DNA of 64,000 nucleotides. It comes from Lingula anatina (Eukaryota > Animalia > Brachiopoda). The stretch covers positions 18,228,001 to 18,292,000 of the forward strand of contig CM120645.1 in NCBI GenBank assembly GCA_051362555.1. Direction: 5' to 3'. The position numbers and the translations under genes were made by a program. The notes under the pieces are model-generated. The model had not been told where the DNA came from. It was given only the letters and a program-made list of their open reading frames with translations, and searched no databases. Of the stretch, positions 51,753 to 64,000 are shown in pieces; within the stretch, counting starts at the first letter, position 1; every line of letters starts with the position of its first letter.

Positions 51753-53949
51753 TAAAGGGAACAGAAGGTGAAAAATGAAAGGGAATTTAACATACAATAT
51801 CTGCACATTATTTTCATTATTTATTGTTTCAACAAATTCCAAGTAATTTCAACATAGTTTTATACAAAACAAAATACCAGAAGTTACATTTTTTTCTACA
51901 TTGATAGCAATCATTATAATAGCGCCAAATTTATGAGAAATTTATAAATTATGCTTTTACAAAAAAAAAAAAAAGAAAGAAAGAAATTATGCTTTTACAA
52001 AAAAAAGAAAAAAAAAAGTCATATATGAAGGATTTTATGCACTTTGGAAATTGCTGCTCAAACAACGATTTCTTTTTACTTAAATAAAAGAGAATTTTGA
52101 CATAATGCTTCCCAAAACAAAAAATGATCAGAACTGGTAGATAAATTGAAAGTCCAACCCTATCATACTTTTGAACTTTTGTTCAAAGTTGACGTTAATA
52201 ATTGATTACTTATTCCATCGAGGAAAAAGGTGTCCAATCTCAGTGGTGTGAACGATATCGAAATTCCAAAATGCATATAATCGCACATAGGCGTCGTCCC
52301 CTCACGTGCATTCGCACTCACGAACACCTTTTTCTATGCTGATTGTCGCACAGAAAAAGGTATACAAAAAGACATTCTTAAGAATCGAGTTTTTTACATT
52401 ATTTTGTTTTCATTTCATTACATCCTAATATTGGTAGGTTAAAGGCACGACTTTGAGCGAAAACTTAAATTTGCACACATGCAAATCAGGAACGGCATAA
52501 AGATAATTTACAAGCTTATTCTGGTCATAACAATTTAAGGAAAATATACAAACAAAATTGAAAAGATTACAAAAATAAATAAATAAAAAGCAACAACGGT
52601 GACTTAAGATTCACTAATTCATAAATGCTAATAGCCTAATAGCAAAAATATCCCAACCGGAAGTGCTGGACTGGCATCTAATCAGACCTTTTCCTCTCAA
52701 TCACCCCTTGATCACGACCAAAGAAATATTAATTAATAAAGCACTTCGAACAAAGTACATAGGTGAGCGTTACTTGAACCCCCCACCCCCACCACCACCA
52801 CCAACCATGTTTTGGGACGGTTGAGGCAATCACTTTGAATTGCATGATGAATTTTCGAAATTAAATATGTAAATGTTATGATGAATGCCAGTCGTACATA
52901 GATATTTTATGCATATACACAAAACTTTTCCAGGAGAGCACTTACATTTCTGCTTTGCGATATTGGCAAAAAGTCGAACAACACACAAATTAGCTCATGG
53001 AATGCTGATAAATTTGGGTGGCCCTAAGAAGGGACAATTTTTATCACTTGGGTAGCATTTATTCCCCTACTGCAATAACTATTCCTCTCCTGGTTTCATT
53101 TTCTTAACATTGTTTTAGACCCCTCCCAGCACAGTAAGTGTGTATCTGGCACGGATCAGACACAATATCAAAGCACCGAAACCAAAGTAAGTTATTCTTA
53201 ACATGCGTCATAAACGTATATCGACAACTTAAAAAAAGGATCGTTTCTTATAAATGGGCAATTCTGCAATCACGTGGACAAATTTTGTCATTTTCATAAC
53301 GCTGTAATTTCTAAAGCATTATAACTTGAAAAACAGTGTAAGTTATTTTAAAATAATTTGTTCTTTTCTCAAACTTAACGATCAATATATGTAACCATTT
53401 GTCTCTCAAAAGTTTCATATAATAAAGTTGAGATATTTTTCTTCTCGGAATTTCTCAGAATTCAATTCAATTCAATCCAAAACAAATATTTAGAATATCT
53501 TCAAATGCACAGCTAAGTTACTAACTGAAGATTTGCCCAAAGAAAAATTTTAACTTCAATTAGAAAATCAATAGTGCTGGCACAGTACTCTACCTAAAAA
53601 TCGCCTTTTAATAATTATATTTGATAACTTTCATTTTTGTTTTCATCCATCACTTCAGCAAAATACTTATTGGATTAAAATTATTTTGTTAAAGGTGAAA
53701 TCCAAAAAGTGCCGTGTTTTTTCAGAACTGATGGGTACCTCCTCCTGACACAATAATAAATATACATAATAAATAAAATACCTTGAAATGATATGTATAA
53801 CCAAGGTAACTATAGCTAGCAGTCATCCATTTCTTTCTTTTTCTCTGATCAGAAGTTTCGTTAAAAAATTCTTTCTGCGTGCAAAAATTAATTCGATACA
53901 CGTTTTATGCAGAGTATTATTATCCAAGGCAAAGATAACATTTCATATC

Positions 53950-54777
53950 AATTGTCAACCCCGCAAGACAAAATTCAACAAGCAAGACAATCTTGGCATG
54001 GATGCGGGCGATGTCCAACATGATTCCGATGTCTTTGATCGGTGACGCATCCAATCACCCGGTAAACAGCAGTTGGGAGCCACTGAAATAAACGAAAAAA
54101 TCACATTCACGACACGGTTTGATGAAGCTGTATGTATATATCTTTACAGCATGCTATTTTGGAACACATGCGATTATGTTAACAAAACACTATTGTGCCA
54201 TTCCTGTTCTTTACTACTCTGCAAACTGTTTCATGACAATACACTTCTTTGCATTTATATGTAAGATGCGATATGAAAGGACCAGGTGCCCGACAAGATA
54301 TTTTTCATACTTTCAAAACAGGACAGTGACCTCGCCAATAAAACAGTTAGGAGAATGTAGATACCTGTCCAGTGGTCTTACTTGTTGAGGACTTGTTCAG
54401 ACCTTTGGACGGCTGCAATAAGCACCTCACTTCCTCATTGGCAAGTGCGTTCCTTCTCTGAAATTACAGAAAACAAATCCTTCAAAATTTGAGCTGATTT
54501 TGAAATTCTAATGGAGAGTGTATTCGACATAAGTGCAATGTTCCCACCGTCATTAAGACCCCAGTGTCAAATGCAACATTTGGGCAAACTTCATCAACAC
54601 AAAATACACAACGTTATCTTTTATCATCTGTACAATACTACGGCAGCTTCCTGTCATTTTCTGTGCTACATTTTTGGCCCACATGTGGAAATTGCAGCAA
54701 ACGTACCATGAACCTCTGTCTTCTTCATCTTCTACTGACCCTGGTCCTATCTGAGCACCTCTCACCGAAATGCTCAC
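53950..54777 (-). other. Three minus-strand exons with no sustained ORF (lncRNA or UTR)
   Basis: 54707-54777 (tacag|...|gtacgt), 54365-54457 (tttcag|...|gtatct), and an exon opening at 54082 after ttttttcgtttatttcag. Confidence 0.45.
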
Positions 54778-55399
54778 CTGTATTACATAATAATGTACAA
54801 GCCACCCACTTTTCGTACGCAAGTTTCGATTTAAACTTGTTTTTGTTATTTGATATGGCGCAATGGGTCCTAATACCGGGATGGTGATTTTGGGTCTCTA
54901 CCATCATAATGGCAAAAATAATAACATCTTATCAACCATTAGGTTTGATATCAAATTATTTGGTTATGTTCCCCCCCCCCCCCAAAAAAAAAAAAAAAAA
55001 AGAAAAAATCACCTGTACCGGTTGTTTTAGAGAAGACAAAGTGCGTTTTTTGTTTACCCGATTTGTATGTAACGTTATAATTAGTGACAGCGTTCACTTG
55101 GGCCCAGCGTGTGCACAGCTTAGTAAACTGGAGTTGTCACATCAAGGATTGACTTAACAGATGTGTTTTATAAAGTACATAAAAAAACTAAAACTGACTC
55201 AGACTAGGTGTAAATGTTCTCACCAGCCCAGCTGCCGTGTGAGAGGGTACCATTGAGGGGGGGGGGTGGGGTGATCACAATTCACGGCAAATAAAATTAT
55301 CAATTCATAAATTACAGTAAATAAAACTGTAGTCATATATCACTGAAAATGCGCTTTAAAAATCACGAATCACCGGGTATAACGACTTTCTTTCACGAA

Positions 55400-58300
55400 T
55401 AACGGGGTTTTCTTCTATTTTGATGCAATATTACATAATGCTTAACAGCATAATGACCATCAATTTTTAATAATAAAATATACGTATCATGGATTTTCAG
55501 AAAATTTGATCTATGTACTTGAGGATTTTATGGTAAAAGGTCCACTTTTTCAGAAAACGACCCCCCCCCCCCCCCTCTAAAATTGTTGGCTACGGGCCTG
55601 TGAATGGTGATAGCTTTCAATTCCTCGTGAGTGGTGATTGACCTGAATATATCTTCGTGATTGGTGATGAAGGGGGGGGGGGGGGGGGGGTGTATTCCCT
55701 ACCCTCAATCATATGATTCTGGCTCTTATCCAGATAGTTGACAGTCTTCAGCAGTGTACAAATTAAAGTTAGTAGGGGTGTATCTTATAAATTCTTTAAT
55801 GGCATATGATAGCCAAACTTTCAAAAAAGAAACACAGGACTAAGGGTGCATTCCCAGAGATTTAGATCGACCTAGAGATTTAGATTTAGAACGACCTAAC
55901 TCCCTGGGGGTTCACGCTAAATTGCTGGGGGCTTACTGACACAAACTTTGGGCACTTATGCAGATTATGCCTGTTTGCATTGAGCTGAATTCTTTTATTA
56001 AAATAACGGAGCGGTATAGTTGTTCGAGATGGTTTGCAGCAGTTATCCTGAGTTGTCAGAAAATAATTTGAAGAACAGTTGGTGGTTGTATTATTATTAC
56101 GCCTTCTTGCTGTCCTCTTCGTGATATCCATGGTCAGCTTACACAGTAACGATGAATCTTCTAAAAGTTGAACTTATATATGGTATCATCCAAAATCAAC
56201 CAATTATATTACAGGATAAAGCTCTGATATATCTTATTTAAATTAGGCCCTATTTGTTTGTGAAAATTGCCCATGTCACCCTGTTAGTTTGGAGGGCTAA
56301 ACTGGATCAAGCCCGTCGAAGGGGATTTTTGATTATATTCCTTGAAAAATACGCTAACTTTGTAGAGAATAATATCAGAATGTAAACAAGAGATGACTGT
56401 ACTGAAATGAGTTTATTTCCATTTTTACATAAAACAAAAAATCAATTTACTGTCATTTTTATATGATCAACTAAGAAAATTGTTGACATAGGAAAAAATC
56501 AATAGAACAGTTTTAAATGTCAAATTTGCTCCATTCTGAAATTCTGACCATAGTGAATGATTGAATCTGACAAACTTAAATAATATGAGTTGATTTCCAC
56601 TTTTGACACTTTATTACACAATACACGATAACAGGTTAATCATCATTCTTATATAATCAACTAAAAATATTGTTAAGATGCAGAAAATGTAAAAAGAACA
56701 CTTTTAGGTATCTAATTAGTTCAAAAATGAGACTGTTAACTTGCCCAAGAATTAAATCTGAAGAAAAACCACTTAAAAAAGGCATAACTTCATCAAAACT
56801 TAACTAATCAAGCTGATTTTCTAACTAGTGTTGCATATAAGCCGAAAAAAAGCTAAAAAACAGCATAACTTTTAAGAAAATGGCTCCATCATGCTGATTT
56901 TCAAACTTGACCTGTGTATTATGACTATTCATCAGTTCTGTAAGTTTCAAGCCATAAAGTAAAACCGTGTTTCACTTATCATGTTATCGGTGTTGCTTAT
57001 ATGCTGAAAAAAGTGAAAAAAAACAGCATAACTTAAATAAAAATGGCCCAATCATGCTGATTTTCGAACTTGACCTGCGTATCATGAATATTCATCAGTT
57101 CATAAGTTTCAAGCCAAAAGGTAAAATGGTTTTCCACTTATCGTCTTATCGGTGAAAGTGCACGGCGAACAGCAACGACGACAACAGACGCAGGTGACGG
57201 CTATATGTACAGACACATCTGTGTCTGTACATAATAAACAAGGCAGCAAAGCTGTCAAATGTACAGACAAATAAAAACAGAAAATAAAGATGCAGAAGAT
57301 CGGTCATTTTGTCAATTTTGATGCAATAATAAATAATGCTTATAATAGGACAGTCAATCAACAATGAATATTAATCATGCAAAGCAACTAACATGGTTAA
57401 TAACAGGAACGAATCCAGATATATTTTCTGACAGTTATCTTTGTTGGTCCATCCTCTATATTTGATGGTCTTCCAAGAGAAAAAAATAGATACCTGTCAA
57501 TGTAAACTTAAAAATCTGACCGTCTTCCGGAAGACCCAGAAGACGGTCTCAATCTACCCTTGCAATAACATTACAGCTTCAGGACCGTGAGTATTCAAAT
57601 TCACATATTGAAAATCCTAATCCTGGCAGCAGTGTCAACTTTTACGCAATATAACAGAATGCTTAACAGCATAATGGCCATGAATTTTTTTAAATTTTTT
57701 TTATTTTAAAATTTTATTAAAATAATAAAGTAAAAGTATCATGGACATTAAAAAAATGTGACTAGCAAAGGTCTTCAAGCCAATGGAAGTCCAAAGACAC
57801 ACCTTAATAATGTTGATTTGTGAAAATTTTAATTCTATCAACAAAATAAATAATTTCCAGAAAAGATAACCAGTAAGACAGGTTTTCCAAATGAAGCTAT
57901 ATTTTAGTCCTATGCTACTTTTTTGTAAGTTTGAGAAGAGTAAGTGACATGGTATTCCTTTAATGGTCACTATGGAGGCAGTAGCCAAAATAGGGTTGTC
58001 TTAAATTTTGATGCAATATTACATAATGCTTAACAGCATAATGACCATCAAATTTTAATAATAAAATAAAAGTATTATGGAAATTCAGAAAATGTGACAT
58101 GGAAAGGTCTTCAAGGCCATGGAAGTTCAGAGTCACATTTTCAAAATGCCATAATGTAAACAAGAGATAACTGTACTGAAATGCTTTTCTTTCCATTTTC
58201 AACACTTATTTTTACATAAAATAATTAATTTACTGTCATTTTTAAATGATCAATTATGAAAACCATTGACATAGGAAAGATATCAACAGAACAATTTAAG

Positions 58301-61300
58301 ATGTCCAATTTGCTCCATTCTGAGATTCTGAACATAGTGAATGATTGAATCTGACAAGCTGTAAAGATATGAGTTTATTTCCATTTTTGACACTTTATTA
58401 CACATTACCCAATAACAGGTTTACCATCATTTTTATATAATCAACTAACACTATTGTTGAGATGCAGACAGTGTCAAAAGAACACCTTTATATATCTAGT
58501 AAGTTCAACAAGGCAGCAAAACTGTCAAATGTACAGACAAAAAAGGAAATAACTATGCACAAATAGGCTACTGTCAATTCTGATGCAAAAGTACATCATG
58601 TTAAACTGCAAATTCAACATCAAATTTTAATTATGTTTAACAGGTAATACCAATGTAAGTAAAATGTGTAACAAGCATAAGGCTTCAGGCCCATGGGAGT
58701 TAAAGTTCACACTTTGAAAATGTATAACTTTCAGAAAAAGAAGCCAATTAGACTGCTTTTCCAACTCAGGCTGCATTTTAGTCCTGTATTCCTTTTTTGA
58801 AAGTTTGGCAATCATAAGTAACATGGTTTTCTCATAATGGTCATCATGGCAGCAGCACCCAAAATTGTGTTTTCTTCTATTCTGATGCAATATTACATAA
58901 TGGTTAACAGCATAATGACCGTCAATTTTTAATAATAAAATAATAAATTATTAAATTATTAAAATAATGGAATATATGCATCATGGATTTTCAGAAAATG
59001 TGACAGCATGGGTCTTCAAGCCCGTGGAACTTCAAAGTCACACCTTGAATGCCATTTTTATATGATCAACTAAGAAAATTGATGAGATGGGGAAAAATAT
59101 CAATAGAGCAGTGTTAAATGTCCAATTTCTTCCATTTTGAGATTCTGAACATAGTGAATGATTGAATCTGACAAACTGCAATGATATGAGTTTATTTTCA
59201 TTTTTGAAACTTTATTACACAATACACGATAACAAGTTAACCATCATTTTTACAAAATCAACTAACAATGTTGTAAAGATGCAGGAAATGTCAAACAAAC
59301 ACTTTTACGTATCTTATTAATTAAATAATGAAACTGTTAACAAAGTTACATGCCTAAGAATTGAATCTGAGGAAATGTGAAATATGTACAGACACATCTG
59401 TGTCTGTACATAAAAATGAGACTGTTAACATGCCTAAGAATTAAATCTGAGGGAAAAAACACTTATATACAAAAAAAAAAGGCATTACTTCACCGAAACT
59501 TAACCGATCAAGCTTATTTTGAACTAACTCTGACTTTCAGCAAGACTGATGTCTCCAATCGATTTTCCTTGAAATGTGTTATCGGTGTTGCATACATGAT
59601 GGAAAAAGTGAAAAATAAACAGCATGATTTTTATAAAAATGCAGAAAATAGGATACTGTCAATTCTGATGCACTAATGTATTATGCTTAACTGAAAGCCA
59701 ACATCAAATTTTAATTCTGCGTAACAGTGAAAGGGATGAAAGTAAAATGTGCAACAAGCATTAGACTGAGTTTCCATACCTAGATCAATCTAACAGGATC
59801 AATCCAAGGGGTTTCTCACTAAATTGCTTTCAGCTTTTAAGCCACTTAAAAGCGGCTTAGGATTCAAGCATGCCAGTTTCAGTAGGCGTGACAGACAGCT
59901 AAACCACTTACATTGATTGCAATTTAGCGATAATTACCTTGGAGATAGATCGATCTCCTCAGTTAGCGTGATAGGGTCTGGAAATGATCCCTAAGGCTTC
60001 AGGCTGATAAGAGTTAAAGTTCATACTTTGGAAATGCCAGAATGAGATAAAGTGAAAATTTCACAAAAAAATTGCTTAAACTAAAAAAAAAAATAAAAAA
60101 TAATAATAATAAAAAAATAAATAAATAAATTATATATATATAAAATTAAAAAGAGCTGCTTTTCTAATTTGGGCTGTATTGTCAATCCTAAGAATCATTC
60201 TTGTAAGTTAAAAAATACAGAAAATGTTACAAAGTAACAGTACAGGGCTCCTGGTGGATGGGAGTGATAAGTCACATCTTGAAAATGCCAGTTTGAAATA
60301 TGAAAAATTAAAAAAGAAAAAATTACAAAAATATTCCACTAAAGCTGCCATTCAGTCTAGCTGCATTACCATGATATGAATCATCCAACTTGAGTTTTAA
60401 CAGTGTAAACAACTCACAGAAATATAATATATTTTGTTTTACCACAAAAAGGGCAGTCATAGCTATTATTCTGATATCTGAACTTATCATCAGACCATGT
60501 GACCTCCATAGATGGCTATACTTTGTAATAATCTCTTAAGAGATTATAACAAAAAAAAAAAAAAAAAAAAAACTTTTTAGAAAAAGAACAGTTATTATCC
60601 CTTTCACTGCAAAGTCAAGTTGCAAATATTGCACAACAGGTAGTATCAATAAAAGTGAACTGTTACATGCCCTTAGGAGTTATAAGTCCCACACTGAAAA
60701 TGCCAATATGTGAAAGATAAGAATTTCACAAAACAGTAAAAACAGTACAAACAGTAAAAATATGAGTTTATTTCCATTTTTGACACTTTATTACACAATA
60801 CACAATAACAGGTTTACCATCATTTTTATATAATCAACTAACAATATTTTTAGGATGCAGAAAATGTCAAAAGAACACCTTTACATATCTTATTAGTCAA
60901 AAAATAAGACTGTTAACATGCCTGAGAATTAAATTTGAGGAAAAAAACAGTTCTATACGAAAAAAAAAAGGATAACTTCACCAAAACTTAACATATCAAG
61001 CTTATTTTCAAAACTTAATCTGTATTTTAGTAACATTGATCACTGCTGTGAATTTCAAGACAATTGGCCAATCAAATTTCTGTTAAATGTGTAATAGGTA
61101 TTGCATATATGCTGGAAAAAGTGAAAAAACAGCAAACGAAAAAAAAAAATGCATAACTTCACCAAAACTTAACAAATCAAGCTTATTTTCAAAACTTAAT
61201 CTGTATTTTAGTAACATTGATCACTCCAGACCTGTGAATTTCAAGACAATTGGCCAATCAAATTTCCATAAAATGTGTAATAGGTATTGCATATATGCTG

Positions 61301-61658
61301 GAAAAAGTGAAAAAAAAGCAAACTTTTATAAAAATGGCCCAATCATGCAGATTTTCGGACTTGACCTGCGTATTATGGATATTCATCGGTTCTGTAAGTT
61401 TCAAGCCAAAAGGTAAAATGGTTTTCCACTTATCATGTTATCGGTGCTGCATATAAGCAGAAAAAACAGCATAACTTCCCTAAATATGGTAGGTAAGATT
61501 TAGTGCAGAGTAGTTATACAAGGCAGCAAAGCTGTCAAATGTACAGACAAAAAGCAGAAAATAACAAAGCACAAAATAGGCTACTGTCAATGCAAAAGTA
61601 AATGTTAATTACGCTCAACAGGTAATACCAATGTAAGTTAAGTGTGTAACAAGCATAA
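55400..61658. repeat. Old modular repeat region: shuffled, diverged blocks, some Helitron-core-like
   Basis: Blocks recur 3-4 times: GATGCAATATTACATAATGCTTAACAGCATAATG (~55420, 57645, 58010, 58885), TGATTGAATCTGACAA (~56560, 58342, 59160), AGGCAGCAAAGCTGTCAAATGTACAGAC (~57241, 58510, 61521). Confidence 0.75.
59764..59991. mobile_element. Degenerate PIF/Harbinger-type MITE
   Basis: Empty paralogous site caagcaTAAggcttcaggc at ~58672-58690. Here the insert is flanked by TTA and TAA with imperfect TIRs (..TTTCCATACCTA / TAGGGTCTGGAAA..). A related end starts at ~55844. Confidence 0.65.
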
Positions 61659-62330
61659 TAGTCTAGTGGGATTTCCACAAAAGATGAATAGTAGGGGCAT
61701 TTTGGGGTAAAAGTTGGGAACCAGGCTTATGAGCATAATTTTGGGATGCTGAATCCGATTTACCCGGTTCCCAAGCGAAATTTTACGTTTTAAATGGTCT
61801 AATTTGCAAAAAAACAAAATGGCCGCCAGATTTCCTATTTTCTGCAATACCTCTGGAACTAGACAGGTGAACATGACAAATGAAGTGTCTTTACCTATAT
61901 TTTCAGGGTCGAGGAACATTATAAGGATGTTTCTGTTAGAATTAGATTTACGCAATTTTCCTAAATATGCAAATTAGGATCGCCATTACTGAAAAACCGT
62001 TTTTCTTCTGTATCTCTGTAACTAGGCAAGCAAACATGACAAATGAAGTGTCTACACCTATGTTCTCAGGGTCAGGGAATGTGATAAATCAGATTTCTTG
62101 TCTTATGGGTAGCACTGACTTTGTGAATCGTGTCCGAGTAGCATCTTTTATTGTTTGTTCCCTGTATCTGTCAAACACAAGTCAATCTGCTGATAGTTAG
62201 AACCTTCCTTCAGAACTGCTTTTACGTTAACTAGGCAAGCAAACATGACATATGAAGTGCCCACACCCATGTTTTCAGCGTTAGGGAAAGTGATTAAGAC
62301 ATTTTCACTACAATCAAATCAGCAATGAGT
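61659..62330. mobile_element. Left end of an Academ-like DNA transposon
   Basis: Abruptly interrupts the modular repeat; starts TAGTCTAGTG; three subterminal AACATGACAAATGAAGTGTC..CCTATGTT repeats and AAAATGGCCGCC. The other end was not seen. Confidence 0.5.
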
Positions 62331-62839
62331 GCTACACTGTCACACTGTAGCAATTATTCGAATCTGAATTGAATTTTGCAATTAAATACTGCGCTGCCAT
62401 TGGGATGTAAACATATTGGATCACACAACTGCCCCTTTTACCTAGATTTAAAAAAAGATTACCTTATTAATGCAATGGAGAGATTTGCTGAATCAAGTAA
62501 TTCATGTGATGCAATGTACAGACTTCACATTTAAAATGGATTTTTTTCAAACATATTTTCTTTGAATTTTTCCCATATATTGGTAATGAATGAAAAAACA
62601 CTTGTTATCGTGTTCGATATGGCTTTAATAAATCAACCCGTGTGAATACATCATCAAAAAATTTAATTTAAATAATAATTTAATATTCAAATCAGCGTTA
62701 TAAACAGCGCATGGATAATTTTTTAGCTGATAACGAGGTATTAAATTCTTATGAACTTGATGTTATCAAGAATATCAGTTGGTAAGGATTTTCTCTCACA
62801 CAAAAGAATCATCAATACAAATTTGAAAAATGGAAACTG

Positions 62840-63811
62840 ATAACAACACGTGCAGCCTCTTCTAGCTGCAACCAGAGCCCTCATTCCATGTAGAGAGGTT
62901 TCTGAGAGTATGATCCAGTATTGTGTTACACGCATTAGTCAGAGCTTGCCTAAGCTTGTGCCAATTTGTAGGGTGGACGGGTAAGCTCTTGATTCTGCTA
63001 GCGATTTATGCCCACAGGTTTTCTATAGAATTCATGCCAGGGGAATTTCGTCGGCCAAGGCAACTGGTTTACCTCTTGGTTTTGCAGAAAAGCAGTTATT
63101 GCATGGGCATGGTGTGGTCGGGCATTGTCATCTTGCAGGATGAAGTTATCCTGGAAGTACCTTCTTGCAAATTGCAAGCAAGTATTCTCTAAAATGTCCC
63201 TGTATTTTATCTGGTTAAGGTTTCTGTCAATTGCCACCAATAGTGTTTTGGCTCCAGAGTGGAAACCGGCCCATACACAGATACTGCCACGGCCGCAAGT
63301 CACTGTAGTGTGACACAATCCTCGTGCAGTAACTCGTCTGGAAACCTACTGACTCTGATTCAGTCATCGCGGTGGTGGAACTCAAACTCTGCCTCATCTG
63401 TAAAAATCTACATGAACCCAGTGCTGTGCCTGGAACCGCAAATGGCGTCTAGCCCACCATGTTGCTCTGTTCATAGAGTTAACCAGCTAAAAGTAGCCTT
63501 GCATTCACTAGAGTTCTAGAAACATGCTTTTGAATGGTAATTTGCCACTCATTTTGTACAGCAAGAGTTGTCTTTGTCCGGTTGTTGCGACATAACCGCA
63601 GAAGCAAGCGGTCTTCCCTTCTGGTGGTGACTTTAGGACATCCTGCCCGTGGTCTCTGTGTTAATGCACCAGTCTGGGCGTGTTTCTGTAAGACGTTACA
63701 AACTGCTCCCTGGGACACATTCAGCTGTCTGGCAATAGCAGTTTGCTTCTGTCCATTCTGGCATAATGCAACAATAGTGTGGCAAGTTGCTCCCGTTAGT
63801 TCACATACCGT
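62840..63811 (-). pseudogene. Tc1/mariner transposase pseudogene
   Basis: HTH region IARQLNVSQGAVCNVL..TG....PRAGCPKVTTRREDR; catalytic-domain motifs TDEAEF, GSICVWAG, FILQDDNARPH, LPWP and ALVAARRG; several frameshifts and stops. Confidence 0.93.
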
Positions 63812-64000
63812 AAGGTCAGCTAAGAGTCTGCAAAATATCAAACTCTTCTGACTGGACGTTGTCGAAATATAGAGACTTATTCTGCAGAACTGCTGCCCAT
63901 TTATACGCATTCTGTAACCAGCCACAGAGGACTGCTCAGAGAAACTGCCACATATTACGTAAGGCGGGCCCTGACCCCCCCCCCCCCCTTTCGTATTCTG

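Noticed and set aside
55240-55710. Sola- or hAT-like MITE around the poly-G/poly-C tracts
   Set aside because: Only fragmentary ends (GAGGGTA, CAGGCCCGTAGCCA) and no matching TSD, so boundaries cannot be supported.

Overview
AT-rich eukaryotic DNA, most likely from an invertebrate animal, made almost entirely of transposable elements and tandem repeats. I found no intact protein-coding gene. The centre (about 14.8-48.6 kb) is a ~195-bp satellite domain with a homogeneous higher-order-repeat core and a progressively more diverged right flank. Each higher-order unit carries a copy of a splice-site-bounded exon-like cassette. Inside the satellite is a four-level nest: a Kolobok-type element (TTAA TSD), containing a Ty3/Gypsy LTR retrotransposon (AGGG TSD, integrase deleted), whose 5' LTR contains a non-autonomous Helentron (HINE/DINE-1-like). 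That HINE family occurs four times and carries arrays of a 146-bp unit with a perfect AGGTCA-A-AGGTCA motif. Also present: an IS3EU-type MITE, PIF/Harbinger- or Zator-type MITEs, an EnSpm/CACTA end, a Penelope-like inverted repeat with minimal hammerhead ribozymes, a Tc1 transposase pseudogene, an Academ-like end, two minisatellites and several chains of orphan exons. Coordinates were read by eye and may be off by a few bases. Family assignments rest on termini, TSDs and recalled motifs, not on database searches.
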